Positions 9,741 to 19,851 of a stretch of DNA of 64,000 nt are shown one piece after another. Positions within the stretch are counted from its first letter, which is position 1, and each line of letters begins with the position of its first letter. The notes below the pieces were generated by a model, which saw only the letters and a list, made by a program, of their open reading frames with translations, had not been told where the DNA came from and made no database searches. Origin of the DNA: Promethearchaeota archaeon (GTDB lineage Archaea > Asgardarchaeota > Lokiarchaeia > Sigyniarchaeales > SOKP01); contig JALGVJ010000019.1 of NCBI GenBank assembly GCA_029838195.1, positions 1 to 64,000 on the forward strand, in the 5' to 3' direction. Made by a program: the position numbers and the translations under genes.

Positions 9741-11363
9741 ATGGTAGGAGAAAAAAAATATATTCTGGCAATAGATCATGGGACCCAAGGACCCAAAAGC
9801 GCGATAGTTTCCACATATGGGGAAGTTATTGATTGGGCTTATGAGGAGACGCCCATTCATGCAACGAAGGGTGGAGGAGTAGAGCAAGATCCAGAAGATT
9901 GGTGGAAAGCCATCTTAAAAACGGCAAAACAAGTGATTGATAGTGGAAACGTAAAGATTGACGATATAATTGGCGTGTGTAATTCTTCGCAATGGAGTGG
10001 CACGGTTCCTATTGATAAAAATGGCAATACTTTATACAATGCAATAATTTGGATGGATACTCGGGGAGCCACGTATATTAATAAGGCATTTCATGGATTA
10101 ATTAATGTTTCCGGCTATTCTCTTACAAAAATCTTAAAATGGTTAAAACTCACGGGAGGAGCCCCTTCGCATAGCGGAAAAGACCCTATCGCCCATATTC
10201 TGTGGTTAAAATACGAAGAACCAGAAATCTATGAAAAAACCTATAAATTTTTAGAGCCTCAGGATTATATAAATTTCAAGCTCACGGGAAAGATTGCCGC
10301 TTCTTATTCGTCGATCACAGTTCATTGGGTCACTGACGTGCGTGATATTTACAACATTCATTATGCTCCTAGTTTGATAAAAGCATTAAAAGTAGATGGA
10401 AGCAAATTACCGGAATTAAAAAGCTCCATCGACGTGTTAGGCCCTTTAAAAAAAGAGGTAGCGGAGGAGTTGGGATTAAACAAGGATGTTAAAGTGGTAA
10501 TGGGTGCCCCTGATGTGTTATCTGCCACGATTGGAGCCGGTGCTATAAGAAATTATGACACCTATTTTTATATTGGCACCAGTGATTGGGTTATATGCCA
10601 TGTTCCTTATAAGAAAACGGATATTGCTCATAACATGGCAAGCTTGCCTTCTGCCATTCCAGGACGCTATGTTATTTTGAATGAGCAAGAGATTGCGGGA
10701 GGGGCTTTACAATATCTAAGAAATAATATTTTATATCACAAGGATGAGTTATTAAAGGAAGAGCAAGTTCCAGACGTGTATAAGATATTTGATAAAATTG
10801 TAGAAAAAGTTCCTGCCGGCTCCAATAATTTGATCTTCACGCCATGGTTAATAGGAGAGCGTACACCCGTGGAAGATCACATCATTAGAGGAGGTCTTTA
10901 TAATTTATCTTTAGAAATGACCCGAGAGCATATTATTAGAGCTGTATTTGAAGGCGTTGCGTATAACGTGAGATGGCTTTTCATGTATGTGGAAAAATTT
11001 GTTGAGAAGTGGAAACGAAAAGAAAATCCGAATTTGGGCAAACATGACCCCATCATTCCTGAATTAAGTATCATCGGCGGTGGAGGAAATAGCGATATAT
11101 GGTGTCAGATTTTTGCTGATGTTCTAAATAGAAAAATTAAGCGAGTAAAGAATCCCATCCAAGCCAATGCGAGAGGAGCCGCATTCATAGCCGCCGTTGG
11201 TCTAGGCTATATTGATTGGGAGGATATTCCCAATTTGATGGAATATTCTAAAGAATTCACGCCAAATCCGGAGAATAGAGGAATCTATGATAAGTTATTT
11301 AGGGAATATTTAAACATTTATAAGACAACTCGAAAAATTTACAAGAGGCTCCTCAATCAGTAA
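9741..11363 (+). CDS. FGGY-family carbohydrate kinase (xylulokinase-like)
   Basis: AIDHGTQGPK, EQDPEDWW, WMDTR, GERTP, RAVFEGVAY, GGGG. Confidence 0.93.
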   Translation: MVGEKKYILAIDHGTQGPKSAIVSTYGEVIDWAYEETPIHATKGGGVEQDPEDWWKAILKTAKQVIDSGNVKIDDIIGVCNSSQWSGTVPIDKNGNTLYNAIIWMDTRGATYINKAFHGLINVSGYSLTKILKWLKLTGGAPSHSGKDPIAHILWLKYEEPEIYEKTYKFLEPQDYINFKLTGKIAASYSSITVHWVTDVRDIYNIHYAPSLIKALKVDGSKLPELKSSIDVLGPLKKEVAEELGLNKDVKVVMGAPDVLSATIGAGAIRNYDTYFYIGTSDWVICHVPYKKTDIAHNMASLPSAIPGRYVILNEQEIAGGALQYLRNNILYHKDELLKEEQVPDVYKIFDKIVEKVPAGSNNLIFTPWLIGERTPVEDHIIRGGLYNLSLEMTREHIIRAVFEGVAYNVRWLFMYVEKFVEKWKRKENPNLGKHDPIIPELSIIGGGGNSDIWCQIFADVLNRKIKRVKNPIQANARGAAFIAAVGLGYIDWEDIPNLMEYSKEFTPNPENRGIYDKLFREYLNIYKTTRKIYKRLLNQ

Positions 11364-11791
11364 ATAAAATGACAAAAATTAAACATTTATAAATTTTTAA
11401 GATTTTTATTTTTTTTAATATGAAAATTCCATTTATATTTTTAGTCTACTATTATTGATTAACCCAAAAATTTTTTTATATTAAAAACGGTTATTAATTT
11501 TCATTGTTGGTTCATATTTTCACTTTCTCCACTTACTTTTGTCTCTCTTCTTTTTTTTTTCAAAAATTAAGATTTTTAAAATAACAAGTAAAGCCTTTTT
11601 GGGACAAAAAACCAATCAATTTCAAAAATTAAAATAAATTGATTAATTGTCATATTTCTTGTAATAGAAAATTTTTTTTTTCATTGTTCTCTAATCGAAG
11701 GAAATATAAGCCCTTATAATGAATGATAGCTTTGCCAAATCATATTAAAAAAAACTTAAAAATTAGTCAAAAAATTATGAAAAAAATAGAG

Positions 11792-13180
11792 TTATAAATT
11801 TAATTCTTTAATTTTACTTTTGAGTTCTCTTGTTTTTTCAGGGGTTAAATCGTATATGAAAATGAAAACGAGAAGTGCTAAAAGATTAAGGAACATGGGA
11901 AATAAAGCTGCTTGAACACGAATTCCAAAAAGGGCTAAAGGAGTTTGACTTTCTGCGTTAGGATCAAATCCCGTTAATTCATGGCTAATGGCAATAATTA
12001 ATGCAATAACTATTGAATTTAAGGATAAGAAAAAAGAACGGAGCCCCATGAATGTACCTTCCATTCGTTTACCTGATTTAACAATAGCTTCATCAATAGT
12101 ATCGGCGAAGACAGGATCTATTCCCACTCTTATAGCAGCGCCTCCTATCCCGTATGCAAGAGTTGCAAGGGTAAATCCTACTAAATTTTGTACGAACATG
12201 AACGGTAATAAAAGAATTGTGCTGATAAACGCGCCATAAATCAACATTTTTCGGTGGTTGTTTAATTTATGAGATAAACGGAGCCAAAAATACATCGAGC
12301 CTAAAGAACCGATAATAAATCCCGCCATGAGAAATATGGAACTACTTGCTTCCTCTTGTAATATATATTTTGTTACATATTGAAGGGATCCGAGAAGGCA
12401 CCCCGCTACTATACCATCCATAAAAAAGAGCACGATAACCACGACAAAATTCTTGGAAGACAATACGATTTTAAACGCTTGAAAGAATGAAACTTTTTCT
12501 TTATCAACATCCATTTCAAGATATCTTTCTTTCATCTCTTTTGATTCGATATGGCCAGGTATGATGGCAATAAATAAGATTAAACAAACTACGGCAAGAA
12601 TCCAAGCCATTCTCGTATATGATTGGCGATCTCCATAAGTGATGAAAAGCGGAGGCACAATTGAGCCTACTGCGGTCCCAACTAAAAGAAATGCCCTCCC
12701 CAATGTACCTACATTACGTCTATCCGAATCCATGCGAAATTTATCAGGAAATAATGCCCAATGATTTAAAGAAAAAGCGGTGAATGCTAATTCGTAGAGA
12801 CAGAGAAAAGTTACAACCCAAAAAAACAAAATCAATTGTCCACTAATAGGGTCAACATTTGGTGGCGAAAATATGGCGACTAGAAGAAATATAGCAGGAA
12901 TACCACTTCCCATTACCCAAGGAAATCTTTTTCCATACCGTTTCCAAAATTTCTTCGGACGATCGGCGATATAACCGATGATGGGATTATTTACTGCGTT
13001 CCATACTGAAAATATAGTATAAGCAATAGTAATGAGCCATACGTTCAATTTCACTTCTGTTTCCCAAAATATAAAGAAAAAGACACTGATAAAAATTGAA
13101 AGTGTATTCATTAAGAATTTTGTCAACGAATAGGAGACTATTGAAAGGTTTGTTTCTTTATGTTCTAATTCTCTTGACAT
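11792..13180 (-). CDS. MFS transporter, GPH family
   Basis: WNAVNNP, GKRFPW, ~12 TM, YDLTPEK; paralogous to 2619-4058. Confidence 0.9.
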   Translation of the reverse strand: MSRELEHKETNLSIVSYSLTKFLMNTLSIFISVFFFIFWETEVKLNVWLITIAYTIFSVWNAVNNPIIGYIADRPKKFWKRYGKRFPWVMGSGIPAIFLLVAIFSPPNVDPISGQLILFFWVVTFLCLYELAFTAFSLNHWALFPDKFRMDSDRRNVGTLGRAFLLVGTAVGSIVPPLFITYGDRQSYTRMAWILAVVCLILFIAIIPGHIESKEMKERYLEMDVDKEKVSFFQAFKIVLSSKNFVVVIVLFFMDGIVAGCLLGSLQYVTKYILQEEASSSIFLMAGFIIGSLGSMYFWLRLSHKLNNHRKMLIYGAFISTILLLPFMFVQNLVGFTLATLAYGIGGAAIRVGIDPVFADTIDEAIVKSGKRMEGTFMGLRSFFLSLNSIVIALIIAISHELTGFDPNAESQTPLALFGIRVQAALFPMFLNLLALLVFIFIYDLTPEKTRELKSKIKELNL

Positions 13181-13516
13181 GTTTAAATCTACCTTGTTAT
13201 ATTTTTTTTATTTTCTTTATTTTATTTTTCTTTATTTTATTTTTCTTTAAATGTTAATATCTTTAAAACAGAGTATTCAATTGATAAACCCTAATATATA
13301 TTGAATATAGAAGTATGATATGTCTTATAAAAATTATCATAAAGATCTTATTTCCGAATCATTTCATGCGTGTTTATTAAATTTTTAATTAATTATGGCA
13401 CTCATGTTCGAGTTAAATTTTATTAGAAAAAAGCAATTTGAAATGTGAAATTATTAAAAAAGTGGTAAAAAATGATAAGAAATAAAAATTAAAAAAGGAA
13501 CTTTATTAAAAAATTA

Positions 13517-15442
13517 TTAATAAAAGAGGTTTTCTATTTCTTGTTTAAGTCGCGATGGGGAAATTTTCGGTTTTCTATCCATGGTTAATAATCCATTTAC
13601 CTCCTGAAATTGATCATATAATTCTGTATAGCAAAATCCATGAATCCATTCCTTTCTCGCATCAAACATTTTCAATAAATTTATGACTTTTTCAAGAAGT
13701 TCATCAGAAGATTTTCCAACACCCCCATATCCCCAGCTCTCTTCACTTTCTTCTGATTCAAGTCCAAATCCCCCAATCTCACTGTAGATTATCGGTTCAT
13801 CTTCATAGAAATAAGGTTCAAGATACGTGGGAAAGGCCGATCGCAAGTCGAATTTTTTTTCTTCCTCGAAAGAATTCGCTAATAACTCATAGCGACCGTA
13901 TAAATGAATGGTGCATAAATCTGTTTTGGTATGGAACCAGCCATCATTATCAACGACTAATCTTGTAGGATCAAGCGATTTCATTAAGTAATATAATGAT
14001 ACAGTGTAATTCCTTCTCTCCGGATTTCGATGAGCTCCTTGTATACCCCACCCTTCATTTAGAATCGTCCATACAATGATGGAGGGGTGATTATAATCTC
14101 GTTCGATTTCAGCTGCAAATTGATTAATAATGCGTAATTGTGCTTTTGGTGTAAATTGGAATGCATTTCCGATTTCTCCCCATACTAAAACACCCATTTT
14201 GTCGCACCAATATAAAAAACGAGGATCAAATACTTTCTGATGAGTTCTTAAGCCATTAAATCCAAATTCTTTAATATATTGAATATCACGCTTGATTGCT
14301 TCATCTGAAGGGGCAGTATAAAGCCCATCCGGCCAGTAGCCTTGTACAAGAAACAATTTTTGATAAATTGGTTTATTATTCAACAACACTCGTTTATTTG
14401 TTCCAATAGGACGGTCAGAAAGAGAAATCTTTCTCATTCCAAAATAGCATTGTACTTCATCATAGATTTCATTTAAACGAGAATCATATATAGTTAAAAT
14501 GAGGTCATATAAATTAGGCGTGACTGTATCCCATAGATGTAATTTATCTTTCGGTATTTTCATTTTAAATTTGAAAGGGCTGGGATTTTGTATGCGTATC
14601 TGTGTTCCTTTAGGCCTTAATATTTTTCTATCCCTTTTTGCCTTGAGGTCTCCCAAAAAACTAAGATTAATATTTTCTTGAGCAATATCTTCATCATTAA
14701 AAAATACTTTAGCAGAAAGTCTCAAATTAGGATTACCTTTACCTGCTACATCACATTCCAAGATTATATGAGAATCATCTATATTGGGGGTAATTTTAAC
14801 CCATTTTAGATAATTTTTCAAGGAAACACATTCAAGCCATACAGTTTGCCAAATACCAGACACGCGCGGATAAAAAATACTTGTTGGTTTTTCGAACCAA
14901 AATTGCTTACCTCGTGGGATTTCTATGTCTGAACTAGGATCTTCCACCCGAACGACTAAAATATTATTTTTTTCAATAATATCGGTAATATCTAAAGTAA
15001 ACCCTATGTACCCACCTTCATGTTCTCCTACCCGCTCTCCATTTAAAAATACCATGCAATAGTAATCAACCGCTCCAAAATGTAATAAAATACGGTTATC
15101 ATCGAATTGAGAAGGAAGTTCAAATTCTTTTCGGTACCAAATAATGTCATGGAAAGATAGATCTCCAATTCCACTTAACTTGCTCTGAAAACAGAACGGT
15201 ACAATAATTTTCCTATTGAATTTCTCTTTTTGTTCCTTTTTATACCATTTTTGTTTTAAACCTACATTCTCATCATCGAAAGAAAATTCCCATTCGCCAT
15301 TAAGATTCAGCCAATTATCCTTTCTTTTAAAATGAGGCCTTGGATATTCTGGCCTAGGTATATTATCATTATTTTTTAAGGTCATATAATCTAAAATAAA
15401 ATATTGCTTATTTTTTTTAAGATTGTTAACATCCAAAATCAA
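13517..15442 (-). CDS. Glycoside hydrolase family 2 (beta-galactosidase/glucuronidase-like)
   Basis: PRPEYPRP, LHFGAVD, SGIWQTVWLE, GFNGLRTHQK, NEGWG (acid/base), YSEIGG (nucleophile). Real start probably the Met of MTLKNND. Confidence 0.93.
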   Translation of the reverse strand: MILDVNNLKKNKQYFILDYMTLKNNDNIPRPEYPRPHFKRKDNWLNLNGEWEFSFDDENVGLKQKWYKKEQKEKFNRKIIVPFCFQSKLSGIGDLSFHDIIWYRKEFELPSQFDDNRILLHFGAVDYYCMVFLNGERVGEHEGGYIGFTLDITDIIEKNNILVVRVEDPSSDIEIPRGKQFWFEKPTSIFYPRVSGIWQTVWLECVSLKNYLKWVKITPNIDDSHIILECDVAGKGNPNLRLSAKVFFNDEDIAQENINLSFLGDLKAKRDRKILRPKGTQIRIQNPSPFKFKMKIPKDKLHLWDTVTPNLYDLILTIYDSRLNEIYDEVQCYFGMRKISLSDRPIGTNKRVLLNNKPIYQKLFLVQGYWPDGLYTAPSDEAIKRDIQYIKEFGFNGLRTHQKVFDPRFLYWCDKMGVLVWGEIGNAFQFTPKAQLRIINQFAAEIERDYNHPSIIVWTILNEGWGIQGAHRNPERRNYTVSLYYLMKSLDPTRLVVDNDGWFHTKTDLCTIHLYGRYELLANSFEEEKKFDLRSAFPTYLEPYFYEDEPIIYSEIGGFGLESEESEESWGYGGVGKSSDELLEKVINLLKMFDARKEWIHGFCYTELYDQFQEVNGLLTMDRKPKISPSRLKQEIENLFY

Positions 15443-15796
15443 AAAATCCTAAATTCCATTCATTTTTCAAAGGAAAACTTTTAAATAAGAATGTTATTAT
15501 CATGTTATCTTTTAAATTTAATGCTTGTTGAGCTTTTCCTTGAATTCGTTGAAATGGTTTATTTATTCAAAAATTATACAAATTGGAATTAGAATAGGTG
15601 AAATAAAATGCGTATTAATCTTTATCCTTCACGATATATCCATAAGAAAAAAATACAGACCTAAAGACTTCACATTAGATACCATGAAAGAATCTAATCA
15701 CGTAATTTTTTAACATTATTGAGAATAATTAATCATATTCTTGAGAATTTAATGAACCAATAAAAAATAAAGAAAAAAAAATTTTATTATTATATT

Positions 15797-17287
15797 TTAG
15801 AGAATTTCACCTTCCGATTTCTTAATAAAGAATAGGGGAATTAATGCTAATAGAGTTAAGAGAGCAGAGAAAATAATTACCGGAGGGGTAGGAATAAAAC
15901 CAGATTCTCCTTCAACTATTATTGGGATTCCATATAATTGTATGACAAAAGAGCCTATGAAAGGGCCGATAACCATCGGAATACCCACCATGAAAATTAA
16001 TCGAACTCCTTGAAATTTACCTATGTCTCCTTGCGGGTATTTGTCTTGCATCCAGGAATTCCGAACAACTCCAGACAATTGAGAAAAAGTGAGAGATAAC
16101 ATGTAAATAATCGTAACCAACCATATATTTTTCACGAAAGCAAAAATTAACAATGTTAATGTTCCAATAATGATATACAACATTAATAGTAGCTTGCGAT
16201 TTGTCTTTTTTATGAGAAATCCCAATATTAAAACTAAAATGGTAGAACAACCGATTAAGAATAAAGCTATGAGACTGATTATAGTTTTAGAAAATCCTAA
16301 ATAATGCTCCAAGTAAATGAAAAGATAAGGGAAATAAACATTCGATGCAATTCCGCCTATTGCCATGTTCAAGAAGAGAAGATAGAGAATTTTATTCTCT
16401 TTAAGATCCTGAATGGACACCAGTTCTTTTAATTCGGTCAACAATGATTTCGAAGATGCTTGCGTGGACTCAAGAATTTGGGGCTCTTTAATCATCACCC
16501 CGGCGATTAATCCGCTAACTGAAACAATCCCACCTAAGATATAGAAGAAAATGAAATAACCATAAGTATCAATAATGACGCCCGCAACGCCTAAAGCAAT
16601 AAGATTAGCAAGCAACGCCGCCGCAGTATTAATACTATTAATCTTATTGCGATTGGTGGGATGTCCTATATCAGTAATCCAGGCATTATAAGCAGCATCA
16701 TTTGCCGTAGAACCAAAAAAAGTCATGATGGCATCCATGATGACCACCATTACTACTGCAATTCCTATTACTTGAATTAAAGCTACTAACGGAAAAATAG
16801 CTGTAATAATACCCCATAAAATGTAGCCAAATAATATATATGGTTTCCTTCTTCCCATTTTAGTATGGGTTCGGTCACTTAATGACCCAATGATTAGCGT
16901 AGTAATCGTAGCCACTACAGCAGAGACGGCAACCATCCATGCGATTGGCCTAGGATCTGGAGTTAACATATCGAAAACAAAAGTATTAAACCAGGTATTT
17001 TCAACCGCCCATGCTATTTGTCCTGTTAATCCAAGAATTATCATAATGCCTAAATTCCTACGCCCAATTTTTACAATTTCAGACTTGCTATTTTTAATTT
17101 CTGTGTTTGATGTATCTTGATTATTTGTAATTTTATCATCACGAAATATTTTTAATTTAAAAGGCTGTTGATAAATGTATAACCATTGATTCTTTTTAAA
17201 ATCTTCTCTCACATTTATGACATGCTCATGAACATCATGTATCGTTCCCTCTCCTTGCGCTTGCTCTATGAATTCTACTCTCATCAA
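15797..17287 (-). CDS. MFS sugar transporter; N-terminal ~50 codons probably not translated
   Basis: WAVENTWFN, SDRT...GRRKPY, ANDAAYNAW, GKFQGVR. Confidence 0.85.
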   Translation of the reverse strand: MMRVEFIEQAQGEGTIHDVHEHVINVREDFKKNQWLYIYQQPFKLKIFRDDKITNNQDTSNTEIKNSKSEIVKIGRRNLGIMIILGLTGQIAWAVENTWFNTFVFDMLTPDPRPIAWMVAVSAVVATITTLIIGSLSDRTHTKMGRRKPYILFGYILWGIITAIFPLVALIQVIGIAVVMVVIMDAIMTFFGSTANDAAYNAWITDIGHPTNRNKINSINTAAALLANLIALGVAGVIIDTYGYFIFFYILGGIVSVSGLIAGVMIKEPQILESTQASSKSLLTELKELVSIQDLKENKILYLLFLNMAIGGIASNVYFPYLFIYLEHYLGFSKTIISLIALFLIGCSTILVLILGFLIKKTNRKLLLMLYIIIGTLTLLIFAFVKNIWLVTIIYMLSLTFSQLSGVVRNSWMQDKYPQGDIGKFQGVRLIFMVGIPMVIGPFIGSFVIQLYGIPIIVEGESGFIPTPPVIIFSALLTLLALIPLFFIKKSEGEIL

Positions 17288-17419
17288 GCGGCTCTTCGCA
17301 AGGTATTTTTAGTAAGGAGCAACTTGAGATAGGACTTTAAATATAATGAGATTGGTTTTTAATAAGATTAAAATATCTCCTTGATCTAACCTTTAAAAAC
17401 AAGGAAAAAAAGAATATTG

Positions 17420-17683
17420 ATGGAAGATTTCATCCATGTTTTAGGAATTCTTTTTGCCATTTTAGCTGATTTTATCTCTAATTTGAGATTCGTATGGCAA
17501 AAAATGGTTGTAAATGAGATTCCGAAGAATTCCGAAGAATGAGCTTCGTTTTTTAGAAATACGGTAAAAAAGCCTCCATGGTTAATGGAATTAGTATCCG
17601 AAATTGTCTTTGGAATTATTTTCGTGTTAGCCACTAAATCGTTAATAGGCAGTCTATTTATGAATATCTCATGGAAAACATAA
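17420..17683 (+). pseudogene. Relic of a DMT/NIPA-like membrane protein (5' part)
   Basis: MEDFIHVLGILFAILADFISNLRFVWQKMVVNEIP..., 10-nt tandem duplication TCCGAAGAAT at 17521-17540, then FFRNTVKKPPWLMELV. Confidence 0.5.
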
Positions 17684-17966
17684 ATCCTACTACTACTACT
17701 ACTATCATGGACAGATTAAATAAGTTAACTTACGTTTTGATGCAGCTTGTTAACGCAGAGGATACTGGCGACATAATGGAAATTTATATGCTTTCCAAGG
17801 TTCACGAGTTTTACAATATTTGAGAATTGATATTTTTATGACCAATCATGTTTAAAATAATTTTGTTTAATAATTTGGTTAATCAAATAATAAAATGGTT
17901 AATGTAATATTTAAATGGGCACAAGATTTAAATACAAGTTTTTATATCTGTTATTAGGTATAAGAA

Positions 17967-18077
17967 ATGAACGCTTCCAATATCGGAATTCGAAAACATC
18001 AAAAAGCTAATTATCCAAATTTAGGATTACAATTTGTGTCATTTCAACAAATTGAGTCCATGAATGAAAAAATTTAG
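17967..18077 (+). CDS. Possible 36-aa leader ORF upstream of the B12 mutase gene
   Basis: ATG 17967 to TAG 18077 (MNASNIGIRKHQKANYPNLGLQFVSFQQIESMNEKI); TTTAAATA box ~35 nt upstream and AGGT before the ATG. Confidence 0.3.
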   Translation: MNASNIGIRKHQKANYPNLGLQFVSFQQIESMNEKI

Positions 18078-19851
18078 AATCAACTATCTTAATTTTCCTT
18101 ACATAAGGGTGATAAATATTACAAGGAGTAATTCAAAAAGGAATACGGAACCAAAAATAGTAGCTGCCTGTATCGGGCAATGTGTCCATGTGGCTGGCGC
18201 TCATAATTTCATGAGTATTGCAACCCAGTTAGGTTATAATTGCATTTTTATAGGACCCGCCACGCCTATTCCTTCAATTATAAAAGTAATCGAAAGGGTA
18301 AGGCCCGAAATTGTTGGATTAAGCTATCGTTTAACTCCCCATACGGTAAAACCCTTATTAGTAGAATTTGAGAGGGAATACATGAAACTTAAAGTTAAGC
18401 CAAAAAAATTATTTTTTGCCGGAACACCAAAAGTAGTGGAAGAGGCTAAAGCTCACGAAATTTTTGATCATTATTTCATTGGAGGAGAGTCAAAATATCA
18501 AATACTTGCGGCGTTAAAAGGCGAATTTGCAGATCAACAAGTCCAACAAGAAATCCCAATGGAGTTAATTTCGCGAATAGAGTGGAAAAAGCCTTATCCC
18601 GTGATACGAGCCCATTTTGGTTTGCCCAGTCTGGAAAATACAATTAAAGGGATTGAAGAAATAGCTGAAGCCAGTGCATTAGACATAATTTCGATAGCTC
18701 CTGATCAAAATACCCAACAAAATTATTTTCATCCAGAAGAGTGCATTCAATCGCTATCTGGGGCGGGAGGGGTTCCCTTAAAAAGTGAGGCAGATTTTTT
18801 CAAATTACATGAAGCCCGATTAAGAGGAAATTTTCCTTTATTAAGGATATATGCAGGAACAAGAGATTTCATTAAATTAGCAGAATTATATCAGCGGACG
18901 ATAAAAAATGCCTGGGCTGCAATTCCCATTTTTTGGTTTAATCAAATGGATGGCAGAGGTCCCTTGAGTTTGAAGGATTCCATTAAAGAACATTTAAAAG
19001 CGATTGAATGGCATGCTAAAAATAATATTCCCGTAGAAATAAATGATCCTCATCATTGGGGTCTTCGAGATGCACCTGATGCGATTGAAGTTGCTGATAT
19101 GTTTTTGTGTGGTATAATAGCAAAAACTTTAGGAGTCCGGTATTTTATTGCGCAATACATGTTTAATACACCCCCTTCAAATTCTTTAGAAATGGATTTA
19201 GCTAAAAATCTTGCGAAAGATGAACTCCTACACGAATTAGTTGATGCGAATTTCAAAATCATTCGTCAGACGCGGACGGGTTTAGCAAGTTTTCCTTTAA
19301 ATTTAGAGAAAGCAAAAGGGCAATTAGCAGCGGCAACATTAATCCAATTAACAATGAGACCAGATATTTTACATGTAGTGAGTTATTCTGAAGCAAGTCA
19401 TGCTGCTCGGCCTGAGGAAATAATAGAGAGTTGTAATATTGTGGATCAAGTGATAGATCAAGTATATTCAAGTAAGTTAAATGTTATTGATGATCGCGTG
19501 ACTCAACGAAAAGAAGATTTAATTAAGCAAGCCAGATGGATCATTGATTTAATTCCGTCCTTAACAAAATCTACGGATGAGATACAAAATCCTTATATAA
19601 ATCTTGAAGCTCTCACGCGATTAGTAAAACACGGGATTTTTGATGCGCCTCACTTAAAAAACAATAAATATGCGCAAGGAAAAATAAAAACCAAAATTAT
19701 TGATGGGGCATGTATATCATGGGACGATCAGCTTCAGAAACCAATCGATGAGATAGAACGAATATTGCAAATCCTTTCGAAAATTTCTCATGAATTTCCT
19801 CAATTAAAACAGGTTCGAAAAAAAATTGCAAAGATGGAGTTGATGGAATAA
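18064..19851 (+). CDS. Cobalamin-dependent mutase-like protein: B12-binding domain fused to a glutamate-mutase-E-like TIM barrel
   Basis: CVHVAG (DxHxxG variant), VGLSYRL and FAG B12 motifs; the barrel region follows GlmE segments in order (see findings). Start likely GTG 18109 or ATT 18118. Confidence 0.75.
   Translation: MKKFRINYLNFPYIRVINITRSNSKRNTEPKIVAACIGQCVHVAGAHNFMSIATQLGYNCIFIGPATPIPSIIKVIERVRPEIVGLSYRLTPHTVKPLLVEFEREYMKLKVKPKKLFFAGTPKVVEEAKAHEIFDHYFIGGESKYQILAALKGEFADQQVQQEIPMELISRIEWKKPYPVIRAHFGLPSLENTIKGIEEIAEASALDIISIAPDQNTQQNYFHPEECIQSLSGAGGVPLKSEADFFKLHEARLRGNFPLLRIYAGTRDFIKLAELYQRTIKNAWAAIPIFWFNQMDGRGPLSLKDSIKEHLKAIEWHAKNNIPVEINDPHHWGLRDAPDAIEVADMFLCGIIAKTLGVRYFIAQYMFNTPPSNSLEMDLAKNLAKDELLHELVDANFKIIRQTRTGLASFPLNLEKAKGQLAAATLIQLTMRPDILHVVSYSEASHAARPEEIIESCNIVDQVIDQVYSSKLNVIDDRVTQRKEDLIKQARWIIDLIPSLTKSTDEIQNPYINLEALTRLVKHGIFDAPHLKNNKYAQGKIKTKIIDGACISWDDQLQKPIDEIERILQILSKISHEFPQLKQVRKKIAKMELME

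Noticed and set aside
13200-13250. TTTTCTTTATTTTAT-type tandem repeat
   Set aside because: Low-complexity AT tract with no spacers; not a CRISPR array.
17386-17634. 82-aa minus-strand ORF
   Set aside because: It is the antisense of the DMT/NIPA-like relic on the + strand.
17686-17856. (TAC)n microsatellite followed by a 49-codon ORF, or in another frame a hemopexin-like FDAA...NGNLYAFQG fragment
   Set aside because: Stops interrupt the motif-bearing frame and the similarity is too short to support.
17860-18110. Cobalamin riboswitch upstream of the B12 enzyme
   Set aside because: No B12-box or GGGAA core visible; the region is very AT-rich.
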